NCBI RefSeq assembly: GCF_000142905.1
Contig: NW_013657616.1
Span: forward strand, 1 to 64,000
DNA length: 64,000 nt
Origin: Thecamonas trahens ATCC 50062
Taxonomy: Eukaryota > Protista > Apusomonadida
Direction: 5' to 3'
Shown here: piece after piece, positions 35,301 to 47,400 of the stretch
Numbering within the stretch: the first letter of the stretch is position 1
How the letters are laid out: each line of letters starts with the position of its first letter
Translations under genes and position numbers: made by a program
The notes under the pieces: generated by a model
What the model saw: the letters and a program-made list of their open reading frames with translations, nothing else
Databases searched by the model: none
Told to the model about the DNA's origin: nothing

Positions 35301-37284
35301 GGCTGGTCCCGGTCATGACTGCGCTCTGGGCGGCTGAAGCGAGCGAGCGGATCAGCCTTGACGAAGCGGTGAATGAGCTTGCTGGTATGTACTCTGCAGA
35401 ACAGGTGGTGTATCCGTCAACGCCCGAGGTGCCGTCTGGCCGAATCATTGTGGTCCACTGCGTGATGCGCGGGGTGCGCGATGAGCTGCTGCGGAACGTG
35501 GATCGCTCTGTGGAGCGCCTTCGTGCCTTTCACCAGAGCATTCCGTGGATGGCGCAGGTGGCATCGGTGGCGATCTTGCAGTGGGGCCTCGGGTGGGCCA
35601 CGCTCGGCCTCCACCGGCCTAACCAGCTCTTGGACTTGCTGTTGATGCGAACAGTCGAGGTGGGGGCGGTGACAATGATGGCTGCTGAGGGGGTGATTCT
35701 TTCGTCGCGCGACGGGCGTGGGCACAAGCAGCTGGGTGGTCCGGTGATGGAGACGCTGCAGTCGTGCTGGGTGGAGATGTTTGGCCCGAGCGGCTCGGGC
35801 TTTGACGGCTTTCGGCCAGAGACGGCTTCTAATGCGAATGTGTCGGTCTCACGACCGCTGCTCTCCGAGTCGTGGAGCCATGCGGTGCCCGGCGGTCTGT
35901 TTGTGACATCGATGGAGCTTGCGAGTCAGATCAAGAAACGTGACGGCGTGCAGGCTGTCCGGCTGCCATGGCTAGTCCACGGCGAAGTGGTGCACCAGGT
36001 CGTGGTGCATGACGAGGTGTCGGTCTCAGAGGTGGCGCGGCCGTTGCGGGCTGGCGAGTCGTGGAACTGTAACAGCGACGAGTCGGTGGTCCTGGCAGAT
36101 GCAGCGACAGAGGTTGATGCCGGGGATGAGCTTGTGCCTAACCTCATGGCTGTGGCATCGATTCCGCTTGAGGCGCGTGATGGTTCTGCGGCCAAAGTGA
36201 TGTGCTCTCACTCTGTCGGGGCGGTCATGATGGCTGGCCCTGGGACAAGCAGTGTCATCTCACCATCTCCGTCGACGTCAACAGTGTCGTCGTCGTCGTC
36301 GTCGTCTTTGTCATTGTCGTCGTCTTCGCCATCGCTGTCGTCAGGAGAAGAGCAGGTCGAGTTGACCGAGTCGATGGTCCTCCCTGACTCGCCGAGCCGG
36401 TCGAGGCAGCTGGTCAAGTGGGAGCTACCGCGCTGGGCAGTGGTGAGCATGATGGAGTCGTGCGGGGAAGCGTGGCTCGGCTCGATGGCAACAGCCTACG
36501 AAGCGGAGCTCCAGGGCCAGCCGGTGGTGGTCAAGGTCCTGCTGCGGCAGAAGATGTCGCCGGACGAGCTGGTGAGCTTTACCGAGGCCGCTGCCCGTGC
36601 TACGCTCGCGTCGGCGGTCGGCGTCGTCGGCCCGATTGCTGTCTGCCTCGACGCGCCGCTGCTCGCAGTCATTAATCCGCGGTACGACACAGGCTCGCTC
36701 TACGACAGCATGACGGGCATCTCGCCGCTAGTGCTCAACCGCCGCGGCGTGCACACTGTGGCAAAGTCGATGACTGCCGCGCTGGCCAAGCTCCACACCG
36801 AGACAGGGAGGGCGCACGGATCGCTGCGGCCGACCAACGTGATGCTCGTCGGGGCGAACCGGGCGATCATTACAGCGCACATCATCGACTTTGGCTTTGG
36901 AGAAGTCAAGTCCTCGCTTGGGACGCAAACCATGGTCCCAACCGTGGCGTACATGTCACCGGATGATCTGGGCGGCGAGATGGACTCGATGCCCGGCGAT
37001 GTGTTTGTGGTCGGCACGCTCCTCTACGAGATGCTGAGCGGCGAGCAGGCGTTCGAAGGCACAAACGCCATTGAGGTCTCGCGCGCCATTGTGGTCGGGA
37101 CGCGGCCAGCTGTGACCTCAAGCGAAGCCCGTTTGCAGCCGTCCGTGAGCTCATCCGCGACTGCTGGCAGCCGCATGCGCACATGAGGCCATCAATGTCC
37201 GAGCTCGCCTCCCGAATCGCCGCACTTACGGTGAGCGAGTTTGAGCTCTCACCGCGGGCAATGGACAAGTACGGCAGTGGCTGA
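32355..37284 (+). CDS. Receptor kinase RK3 (same architecture; internal kinase N-lobe duplication and a late frameshift)
   Basis: ORFs 32211-34676 and 34031-37186. About 307 bp is duplicated across the junction at 34375-34393. One extra C at 37128-37130 restores ELIRDCWQPHAHMRPSMSEL through TGA 37284. Confidence 0.8.
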
Positions 37285-37414
37285 ATGGGGCATGTGTGTC
37301 GGCACCAGTGCGGCATCAGCATCATCTGTCGTTGTAGATCGGTGAAGTGAATACCGACATGATCGAGATCCCGCCAGCCGATGTGACAGAGATGGCGGCC
37401 GAGGGAGACTGACC

Positions 37415-37597
37415 CAGCCATGGGCGGGTCGAGGAGTGTGAGCCATGGGCGAGCTGACGAGTGAGCCATCAGCGGGTCGAGGAGTGAACCATCAGTGGGC
37501 CGAGGAGTGAGCCATCAGTGGGCCGAGGAGTGAGCCATCAGTGGGCCGAGGAGTGAGCCATCAGCGGGTCGAGGAGTGAGCCATGGGCGGGCCGAGG
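37415..37597. repeat. About 23-bp tandem repeat (gaggagtgagccatcagtgggcc), 7-8 imperfect copies
   Basis: Directly visible between the RK3 stop and the F-box gene start. Confidence 0.85.
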
Positions 37598-37735
37598 ACA
37601 CACTTGACCCCCCCCTACCCCTACCCCTACCTCTCTCTCCCTGGTGTCTGTGTCTGTGCGTCTGGGTCTGGGTCTGTGTCTGGTCTGTCTTGCTGTGTCT
37701 GGGTCCGACTGTTCCGCCTGAGCGACCTGGTCACC

Positions 37736-40587
37736 ATGGACGACATGCCCGATGAGGTACGTAGGATGGGGGGGGGCATGGGCATGGGCATAGGCATAGG
37801 CATGGGCATGGGTGACTCATGGTGATTGTGTTGGGTGGGTGGGTGCTGGGTGGTCGTGGGCGTGGTCATGGCCATGCTGTTCCGTCGGTGGTCGTGGCCG
37901 TACTGTTCCGTCGCCGCCTGCTGGCTGTGTTCGTCATCATCATCGTGCTCGTCACCGTCACTGTGCTCGTCATCATCATTGTGCTCGTCATCGTCATCAT
38001 CATCGTGCTCGTCATCGTCACTGTGCTCGTCATCATCATTGTGCTCGTCATCGTGCTCGTCACCGTGCTCGTCATCGTCACCGTGCTCGTCATCATCATC
38101 GTCACCCTGCTCGTCATCATCACCGTGCTCGTCATCGTCATCGTCACCGTGCTCGTCACCGTGCTCGTCACCGTCACTGTGCTCGTCATCATCATTGTGC
38201 TCGTCATCGTCATCATCATCGTGCTCGTCATCGTCACTGTGCTCGTCATCATCATTGTGCTCGTCATCGTGCTCGTCACCGTGCTCGTCACCGTGCTCGT
38301 CATCATCATCGTGCTCGTCATCGTGCTCACTGTGCTCGTCATCGTCATCATCATCGTGCTCGTCATCGTGCTCATCACCGTGCTCGTCACCGTGCTCGTC
38401 ACCGTGCTCGTCATCGTGCTCGTCACCGTGCTCGTCATCGTCACCGTGCTCGTCATCATCATCGTCACCGTGCTCGTCATCATCACCGTGCTCGTCATCG
38501 TCATCGTCACCGTGCTCGTCATCGTGCTCATCACCGTGCTCGTCATCGTGCTCGTCATCGTGCTCATCACCGTGCTCGTCATCGTGCTCGTCACCGTGCT
38601 CGTCATCGTGCTCGTCACCGTGCTCGTCATCGTGCTCGCCATCGTGCTCGTCACCGTGCTCGTCATCATCACTGTACTCATCATCATCATCATGCTCGTC
38701 ATCGTGCGAGTCATTCTCGTATTGGTACAGATCCTCCTCTCCATCCTGTCCCGCCTCGACTTGGCCTCCCTCGCCGCCGCACGCGCCGTCTCCTCCCGCT
38801 GGCACCGCATCGCCACAGACTTTACCATCGGCCGCGCCCGCTACCGCTCCCTCTTTGGCCGCCGCCAGGTCCTGGCAAAGTCGGCTCTCTGCAAGTGGCT
38901 TGCCAACCCGACGACGCCACAAGCAGCTGCGACGCAGGCCGCGACTCAGGCCGATACGCCTGACGCGCCTGGATCTGCTGCAGCTCCAGTCATTCCGCCA
39001 GCACTGATGCTGATCGATCCGCCCAAGCCGCTCCACAGCGACAACGCTGCCGCCTACGAGCTTGCCATACGAGCGGGCCCGTGGCGATTTGACCTCGCTG
39101 CCGCCTCGCACCGCTCTGGTGTCGATCTTGCCGGGCTTGCCCTCAAGGACCGCGTCCCGCTGGCTGTCAAGCTCGGCTACATGACCTGGATGGACGCCGT
39201 CCGCGCCCGTCTCCGCATCGAGGTCACCAACCGTCCAGACCCGGCCCTCGCCACCATCAACATCCTTTCGTACACCTGCGACTCGCCGATCCTGGGCCAA
39301 CGCTACATGATGCCGTACCTCGACTTGATCAGTTCTCTCGAAAGAACAGCGCACGACGCGCTCTCACGACTGCACGAGGCCGAAGCTGACCCCACGATCT
39401 CAAGCACCGCGCTGGCCGCCGTCGCTACTGCCATCGAGGACCTGCTGTTTGTCATAATTGAGATCGGCTACGACGCCGTCGATGACTTTACTTTCCTCCT
39501 TGCCCGCTCGGACAAAGCCTCGCTAACCTGCCCCGAGTGGGTCGACTCGGCCTCGCCCGACATCCTCCTGCTCGCCTCGGACGCCCACTCGGCCATCGCG
39601 TCGACTCTCCAGATGCTCGGCCGCCTGCTCGCCGATCCCGACGCTGCAGACTCTGTCTTCTCCACCATGGCTGCCCACTGGGAGGCCGCCCTTGGCCCGC
39701 GCTTTTACTGGGTGTGCAACAACCAGGCGCTTGGCATGCGCCACTGGGCCGGCCTCCACGCCCACCTCGACAACACAGCGCGCCGCCGCGAACTCATGGA
39801 GCGCGCACTCAGCCTCCTCGAGACCGCCACCACCGAGCGCCCACACTCGGCCCGGATGCGTCTCAACTACGCGCGTGTTGCCCGTGATACCGCCCTCATC
39901 CTCGACATCGACGACCCGAAGCGGAATGAGCTCCTCCGTGCCGCCCTCGCCATCGGCACTGAGCTCGCTGCAGGCCCCAACCACATGGGCCGCCTCGCCC
40001 GCGATCTGGCCGCCACCATCGAAGACAACGACGAGCGTGCTGCCGCCTTTGACGTCGCAGAGGCCCACTACGCAGAGGCCAACCTCGCCCCGACCGATCC
40101 GGCCTACCACAACACCATCAACAACTGGGCCATCACCATCCTCACTCGCGCCTTATCGCTTCATCCGCTCTCGTCGCCGGCCTTTACTGCCCTCGTCGAC
40201 GACGCCGCCTCGCGCTTTGCAACGCTTGCTCCAGCGGTCGACGACTCGGGAGCCCTCGTCGTCGTGCCCGACAGCGGCAGCAAGTTCGAGTCTTTAGACA
40301 AGGCTGTGGTCTACTACACGTGGGCCTTCTTCTCGCTTGCCCGGCTCCACGCCGTCAAGGGCGACGAGGTGACGTGCGCCAAGTGGCTCCACCTCTTCCT
40401 CCGCCATTGCCGCCCAGCCACCGTCGTCCTCGACGCTATCAACGGCGAGGCGGACGGCTACCCAGACCGTCTCGCCACTGTCCGCCACGCTCCCTTCTTC
40501 TTGGCCTTTATGGACGAGGTCCGCAGCGCGATCGCCGCCGATGCCGCCGCACGCGCCGCCGCGCGCGCCGCCGCTTCCACCACCTAG
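37736..40587 (+). CDS. F-box protein with helical (TPR-like) C-terminus
   Basis: Exon 1 is 37736-37756 (MDDMPDE), then a GTACGT..CAG intron at 37757-38730. Exon 2 begins ILLSILSRLDLASLAAARAVSSRWHRIA, completing a canonical F-box. Confidence 0.85.
37929..38707. repeat. Intronic triplet-based minisatellite (gtgctcgtcatc / gtgctcgtcacc variants), about 780 bp
   Basis: Directly visible, inside the F-box intron. Confidence 0.95.
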
Positions 40588-41984
40588 CCGCGATGCGTCT
40601 CGAGCGCCCGCTGCACCCCACTACAACCACACTGGTCGGCGAGCGCGTCGCAAATGGCGCCCCACTCATTAACCAGGCGCGTCCGCTCTGCGTCAAAGGC
40701 TGCGCGCTCGCGGGCGATGCGAGCGTGTGCCTCGTCGAGCTGCACCGCCAGCGCCCCATAGTTGGCCTGCGCCGCCGTCAACGCGCTCGCCGCGCTCGCC
40801 GCCCGAGCCTCGGCAGCCTCCCGTCCCGCCGCCGCCCGCGACGCCTGCGCCGAGAACTCGCGCGCCTGGCCCGTCAGTGCCTCGTCGCGCGCCGCCGCCG
40901 CCGCCAACGCCTCGTGCGCCGCGTGAAGGCTGCGGTTGAGCGCAGCCACCGCGCCCTGGGCGTCATCGCGGTCGCCGTGCGCCTCGGCCAGCGCCGCCTC
41001 CGCCTCATCCAGCCGCGCCTGCATATGCATCTCGGCTCGCGCCGATTGCTCCACCAGCGCGCGGTGGTTGGCGGCAGAGCGCGCAGCCGCCGCGTCGAGC
41101 TCGCCGCTCGCGGCCACCAGCGCCTGTCGGGCGGCGTCAGCGTCGGCTTGCGCCTGGGCATGACTCGCCGCCAGGCGAGTGTACCGCTCTTGCACCTCTG
41201 ACAAGCTGCGCTGCGCCACCTCGAGTGCCGCCACCGTCTCGGCCTCGCGCGCCTCGTAGCCCGCCACCAGCGCGCCCCACTCGTCGACCAGACGCTGCGT
41301 CTCGGTGGCAAACTGGGCGCGCTCGGCAGCGAGCACGTGCTCCAGTGCCGAGTGCGACGACGCGAGGCTCTCTGCTCGCGACGCCGCCAGCGCGTGCGCA
41401 TGCGCCCGAGACCGCGTCCGCATGGCAGCCCGCAGCGCCTCGAGCACCGCGTCCGGCCCGGCGGCAGCATCCACGCCCACCAGCCCGGCCACCTTGCCCA
41501 CAAACGTCTCAAACACCGCGCCAGCCTCCCCCACCGCCGCCATCCGCGCCCCGCACTCGGCCCATGCCCGCGCAGCCTCGCCCTGCGCCTCTGCCACAGC
41601 CTCCTGCATCGCCCGTCGCTCCGTCACGCCCATCGGTCGAGCGGCAAAGGTCAGCCCCTCGCCGTCGCCTCCCCCGCTCGCGCTCTCTGTCACCGCCAAT
41701 TCGTTCGTCGTCGTGTTGTTCGTCGAGTCGGACTGCCGGCTGACCGCTGTCACCACCGCCTCGGCTCGGGCCGTCGCCGCACCACCACCTCCACCCCCCC
41801 TCGCCGCCGACCACGGCTGGCCGCCTGTTCCGCTTGTTGGTGGCGGGCGGTAGGGCGGGCCGCCTGAGCCGCCGGCTGCCGAGTACCGGGCCGCTGCGCC
41901 ACGCGCTGCCGACTGCTGCCACTCGGAGAGCACGTTGCGTAGCTCAGAGACCTGTGCGTCCACAGAGGCAGAGGGGGCCGACAT
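40584..41984 (-). CDS. Ala-rich long coiled-coil hypothetical protein
   Basis: 466-aa ORF with heptad-like pattern and an internal repeat (AERAQFATETQRLVDEWGA / RERAAFDAERTRLVNEWGA). Confidence 0.7.
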   Translation of the reverse strand: MSAPSASVDAQVSELRNVLSEWQQSAARGAAARYSAAGGSGGPPYRPPPTSGTGGQPWSAARGGGGGGAATARAEAVVTAVSRQSDSTNNTTTNELAVTESASGGGDGEGLTFAARPMGVTERRAMQEAVAEAQGEAARAWAECGARMAAVGEAGAVFETFVGKVAGLVGVDAAAGPDAVLEALRAAMRTRSRAHAHALAASRAESLASSHSALEHVLAAERAQFATETQRLVDEWGALVAGYEAREAETVAALEVAQRSLSEVQERYTRLAASHAQAQADADAARQALVAASGELDAAAARSAANHRALVEQSARAEMHMQARLDEAEAALAEAHGDRDDAQGAVAALNRSLHAAHEALAAAAARDEALTGQAREFSAQASRAAAGREAAEARAASAASALTAAQANYGALAVQLDEAHARIARERAAFDAERTRLVNEWGAICDALADQCGCSGVQRALETHRG

Positions 41985-42033
41985 GGGGCTGGCGTGAAGT
42001 GGTGGGGGAGGTGGGGGTGGGGGGTGGGGGCTG

Positions 42034-42222
42034 CCATTAATCGTTGGCTTGTTGGGTGCTGTAATCGTTGGCCATTAATCGTTGGCTTGTTGGGTGCTGT
42101 AATCGTTGGCCATTAATCGTTGGCTTGTTGGGTGCTGTAATCGTTGGCCATTAATCGTTGGCTTGTTGGGTGCTGCAATCGTTGGCCATTAATCGTTGGC
42201 TTGTTGGGTGCTGTAATCGTTG
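42034..42222. repeat. 38-bp tandem repeat (ccattaatcgttggcttgttgggtgctgtaatcgttgg) x5
   Basis: Directly visible, nearly perfect copies. Confidence 0.95.
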
Positions 42223-42264
42223 CCGGCGGCCGGGCACTGACTGAATGAAAGGCATTCAATGCGC

Positions 42265-43743
42265 TCACCGCGGTAACGTCTCAGGCATGTCGGCCACAAC
42301 ATAGGCCATGGCGGCAAGGACGCCGATGCACCTGTTGAGCTCGACAGGGTCGATCTTGTCGGCGGTGTCAGCCCGGGTGTGGTGGTAGTCAAAGTACACC
42401 CCGCCATCGGCCTGGAGCTCGAGCGTCGGCACGCCAGCGGCGAGGAGTGGCGAGATGTCGGCTCCGGTCTCCAGCGCAGAGGTCATCGCCCGCGCATCGA
42501 CGTGTGTCGGTGGATGGCTAAGGAGTGTGGCAACGGCGGAGAGCGCTGCTGCGGTCTCGCTCGAGCCGCCGGCGGCGTAGAAGCCGCGTGGATCAAAGAC
42601 ACCCGAGTCAGACTCAATCGCCAGCACATGATTGCCGAGCTCGCTTGCGTAGTGCTCGGCGTAGGCCTGGCCGCCGGCCAGCCCGTTCTCCTCGTTGGTG
42701 AAGAGCACAACTCGGATGGTGCGTGCCGGCCGAAGGCCGAGTGAGTGGAGGAGCGAGAGCGCGTGCCAGACGGCGACAACGCCACCGCCATCGTCCATGG
42801 CACCGGTGCCTACGTCCCACGCGTCGATGTGAGCGCCAAGGAGGACAACCTGCTCAGGGTGTGTCCTGCCCGTCAGCTCGGCCACAACGTTGGCCGAAGG
42901 CGCTGGCGGGCCGACAGAGCAGTTGAGGGCGAGCGCAAGCGAGAGCACGTGCCCGCGGTCCTGCATCCGCCGTAGCATGTCCGCATCCTCGGTGGTAATA
43001 GCGCCCGCCGGGATCTGCACCACCCCGGGCTCGTAGTGCATGCCGCCGGTGTGGACCGAGTAGATCGAGTGCGGCGTGAGCGAGCGGACAAGGACCGCTA
43101 CCGCACCCACTCGCGCTGCCTCCACCGCCGCCCGGCTGCGGTACTCGTAGTTCTCGTCGTAGCTCACCCACGCTGCGTCCAACACCACAATCTTACCATC
43201 GGCGCTTCCAATCGCTCCCATCGTCCGCAGCTCCCCGTACGAGCTCACCACCACAGCCTCAGCCTCGAGAGCCTCACCCGGACCAGGTGTCGGCACGCTC
43301 CCGCCCAGCGCCATCACCGCCAGATCGGCGTGACGCGGGCTAATCAACGACGCGTATGACGCCGAGCGCGAACCTCTCCGCCACACCGGTACCGTCACGT
43401 TGATCAGCTCGACCGAGTCCAAGCCATCGGCTCGCATCTCCCGCGCAGTCCAATCGATGGCATCGTCCAGACCTTGACTCCCGCTCAGTCGCGAGCCAAA
43501 GTCATCGGCCAGGGTAGCCAATTTGGCCCATGGCTTTGTGTGCAACTTGGCCGCCGACTCGAAAATAGAGTTAATCCGAGTGGCATAACTTGCCCGCAGA
43601 GCGGCTCGAAGGATATGGGCTGATGGCGACTTGCCGTAGCTCATGTACGCCACGGTGACGAGGAGGAGGACACAGGCAGAGACCGCATAGATGTACAGAA
43701 TACCCGCTCGCGCAGACGGACAGACTCGCTGCACAATACCCAT
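42265..43743 (-). CDS. CPQ: Carboxypeptidase Q / plasma glutamate carboxypeptidase (M28, PA domain)
   Basis: N-terminal TM anchor, FGSRLSGS, and Zn-ligand motifs GAHIDAWDVGTGAMDDGGG, NEENGL, IESDSG and YHHT. Confidence 0.92.
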   Translation of the reverse strand: MGIVQRVCPSARAGILYIYAVSACVLLLVTVAYMSYGKSPSAHILRAALRASYATRINSIFESAAKLHTKPWAKLATLADDFGSRLSGSQGLDDAIDWTAREMRADGLDSVELINVTVPVWRRGSRSASYASLISPRHADLAVMALGGSVPTPGPGEALEAEAVVVSSYGELRTMGAIGSADGKIVVLDAAWVSYDENYEYRSRAAVEAARVGAVAVLVRSLTPHSIYSVHTGGMHYEPGVVQIPAGAITTEDADMLRRMQDRGHVLSLALALNCSVGPPAPSANVVAELTGRTHPEQVVLLGAHIDAWDVGTGAMDDGGGVVAVWHALSLLHSLGLRPARTIRVVLFTNEENGLAGGQAYAEHYASELGNHVLAIESDSGVFDPRGFYAAGGSSETAAALSAVATLLSHPPTHVDARAMTSALETGADISPLLAAGVPTLELQADGGVYFDYHHTRADTADKIDPVELNRCIGVLAAMAYVVADMPETLPR

Positions 43744-44492
43744 ACCTACCGCCCTTGTCTGGGTGCTGGCGTGAGGTATGGCTACCACTGCCGCTACCGC
43801 TGTCGTCCCCCGTGACCGCCTGTGACCGCATAGGGCCGAGCTGTCGGGTGAGTGTGGCTGTGGCTGGATCCGACGACATGGCGTGGTGGAGCAGAGGGGG
43901 TGGGATGGGGGTGGGCGGGGATAGGGTGAGACTGGTGGAGGGGGGATCGGGGGGATAAAGAGCGTGGGCAATGGCTAGAGGGAGGTGGAGAGGGTATGTG
44001 CTATCGTATGAGGGGTCTTACCAAGACGTAGACGAGGCAGAGCTGCCGTTGTTTGCCCAACTGTGTAGAAAATGTCACTGATCAGTGATCGTGAATCCGC
44101 ACCCCATCCTAGACCGCAGCAGTCATTCGCTGCCAGATGCGCCCACCCCCCCCAACCCTTACGCCACCAAGCTGGGCCACCTTAGCCCAAGCGATACCCT
44201 CCCGTCCCTTTCACGTACAGGCACATGCACATGGCGATCTCCCGAGACAGACAAAGACAGCAACTCCAACCCCCCCCCCCCCCCCCCCCCCTCCCCCCCC
44301 CCTTCCCCCTCCAAAAAAAAAAAAAAAAAAAAAAAAACTCCCCAAAATGCCGCACGTTGCTTTTTTTCGTGAGCGTAATCGGCTCAGGTCAGGACGGGCG
44401 GGCGAGTGCCCGTGGCAGGCAGGCAGAGGGCGGGAGGGGGAGGGGGTTGAGGGGAGGCAGAGTGCAAAGACACGTGACACGCGGACGAGAAC

Positions 44493-47400
44493 ATGCACAC
44501 GCCTACGCACGTGCGGTTCAAGGTCTCTGTACCTGTGGGAGCTACTCAATGGGGTGAGTATCTGGCTGTATGTGGCTCGGCCCATGAGCTTGGGAAGTGG
44601 TCGGCGAGCGGGGCTATGCGACTCGAGCTGCTGCCTGGCGGCAGTGTGACCAGCGGGGGAAGCAGTACTGGTGCTGGTGCTGGTGGTGCTGGTGGTGCTG
44701 GTGCTGGTGCTGGTGGGGATGGAGTTGGGCAAATGAGTGGATGCGGAAAAAAGTCGCTCGCCAGTCAATCGCCTGTGGCCGGCAGAGTGGCAGGTGATGG
44801 AGGAGGAGGTGGTGGTGGTGGTGGGGAAGAGTCCGAGGCTGGGAGGTGCATCTGGTGTGGTGACATCGAGCTGGCTCTGCCGCTGCCGGGCGTGCTTCAG
44901 TTCAACTATGTGGTGGTCGGCGAGAACGGAGAGGCCAAGCGATGGGACGTGGCAGGCGTGAGGACCATTCCGCTGGCGCTCGTCGAGCACGCCCTCATCG
45001 TTGACGAGGTGTGCCTGAAGGCTGGTGCTGGCGATGCTGCGGCTGAGGACGGAGAAGGTGCCAACAATGTCGATGATGTAGAAGATGCAGGGGTGGAGGC
45101 CGAGGCCAGGCCAGCTTTCCGGCTCATCTCGTTCTCGGTTGTCCTCCCGTCGCCTCTGGCCGAGTCGCACACGGCGCTGCTGCATACCAACGCGGGGCTT
45201 GCGGGCGCGATGTGGAGCTCGGTGGCGATGGGCCGGCTGCCGCGGCGGGTCGGCGGGCGAGTTGCAGACACGTTCCGGGTGGACATGTGGCTGGCGCCGC
45301 AGATGGCGACGGCAGAGCGGCTGGCTGCGCTGCGGTTCAAGTTTGCGGCGTCGGCGCATCCGCCGGTGCCGCAGATGTGGGAGGCTGTGACCGATCGAAC
45401 GCTGCCCGAGGCGCTCCCGGGTGCAGGCAGCGTGGTGGTTGCGGCCGAGTGGAATGTGTCGCTGCCCAACGTGGCTGGCCTTGTGCTCGAGGCCGCGGTG
45501 CCGGACGATTCCTCGTTTGCGGTTCTGGCCGGCGGACATCCGGTGCTCGGAGCGTGGGACCCGATGGGCGGGGTGGTGCTGGGCAAGAGTGGGACCGGAA
45601 CCGGGTGCGCTGTCGTTGCCATTGCCGCACACGCCGGCTTTGCGCCGCACGGCTTTGAGTACAAGTATGTCAAGGTTGTCGGCGTGCAGTTTGAGTGGGA
45701 GGCGCTCGGCGGCAACCGGTCGTCGGGCGTGCTCCACGGAAGCGAACTTACCGAGCAGTTTGGAGTCATGCCCGCCGGGCGGGCTCTGGTGCACCTCCGG
45801 GTTGACGCGGCGTTTGAGGCCTCGCTTCCTGCGGCAGTCGATGTGGTTGCCTCGCTCGGCACCGGCGATGGGGCTGTGGTGGCGCGGCGGCGGATGTTGC
45901 GTCTGGAGCCTGACGAGGCATTTGTAGCTGTGGTGGTGGTCGAGGCAGCCAGCAAGGAGAACGTTGCTCTACGCTACGTGTTTGTGGCGTGCGAGAGCGG
46001 TGAAGAGACGACGATGCGTGAGATCCCGCTGCCGGGCGCGGGTGAGTACGTGTATGTGCATGACACATGGCTTGCGCCGCCGCCGCTTGTGGGCGTCGCG
46101 CTCCGCGTGAGCGCAACGCCGCACGGAAGCCGGGCGCTGGTGTGCGGGCCGACGCCGCAGCTGGGGCGGTGGGATCCGGCGCGGGCGCCGGTGCTCTCCG
46201 CTGACAACGCTGCTGTGCTGTGGATGCATCCAAACGCTGTGGCCAAGCTGGAGTACAAGCTCGCAGCGCTTGACGAGGGGCTGGGCGGGGCGTATGTGTG
46301 GGAGAACTGCTCGACGCGTAAGGTGCCGCCGACGTGGCGGCCGCCGATATCGGTTGTCCACGCGGTCTTTGACGACGCGCCGGTGCAGGTCGACGTCTAC
46401 CTCGATGTTGTGGCGCCGCTGCAGACCGGCCACTCTGTGGCGCTTGTGGCCGGCGAGGGCGCAACGCCTGTGGCGATGACACGGTCGGCGCCTGCGGTGT
46501 GGAGCACGTCGCTGCGGTTGGACCGCAACTCGAGAGTGAGATACTCGTACGTGCTGCTAGATGGACGGCGGCGCGAGGTGGCGGGCAAGGCTGTGCTTGC
46601 ATGTGCGGCGGAGCGGCGGACGCTGCATGTGGGCGAGACGCCGAGCGTGGTCAACGATGTGTGGGGCGTGGCGAGCGGGCAGTTTGTCCTTGTCAAGTTT
46701 GCGGTGCAGTTACCCAGTTGCGGACCGTCTTCGGGCCTGTGCGTGGCGGTATCTGGCTCGCTTCCGCTGCTGGGCCAGTGGGATCCTGCAGCGGCGGTGC
46801 GGATGCGGCGGGCGGGCGAGAATGAGTATCGTGTGGCGCTCAATCTGCCGTATGAGGCGCTGCGGCAGCTCGAGTACAAGTATGTGATTGTGGACGAGCA
46901 CGCGCCCACTGCGTCGCGGTGGGAAGCGCGAGGTAACCGGAGCGTGGTCCCGGGCATCTACACCTCGCTCTGGCTCCGTGACGCATGGGTGGGCGAGATG
47001 CCGTCTGCGCCGTCGACGCCGCGGATCTCGGCGCTGGACATCGACGTCGACTTTGGCTCACAGTCGGATGTGCTGGTGGTCCCTGTCCACCTAGCATGGC
47101 GGCACGGCGGGCGGAGCGGCTTTGTCCGCGGCTCGTTCACCTCGCCTCCTTTTGAGCGGCGGCTGCCGCTGGGGCAGGCGAGCGACGGCAGCCTCTCGCT
47201 GCGGCTCGGACTTGTGCCTGGGCGGTACCAGGTGGTATTTGAGGTCGACGGCGTGACGCGCTTTGCATCGTATGCGCCGATGGAGTATGTGCCTACGCTG
47301 CAGGCCGTGGCCAACGTCATGGTGGTCGCGCCAGACGCTGAGGCGCAGCCGGAGTTTCCGCCGCCCCCGGAGGATGTGCAGGGTGCGCAGGTGTGGTACA

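Noticed and set aside
37627-39354. 575-aa His/Asp-rich minus-strand ORF and the poly-VLVI start of ORF 37819-40587
   Set aside because: Both are explained by the intronic repeat; splicing gives a canonical F-box, and the minus ORF is antisense to exon 2.
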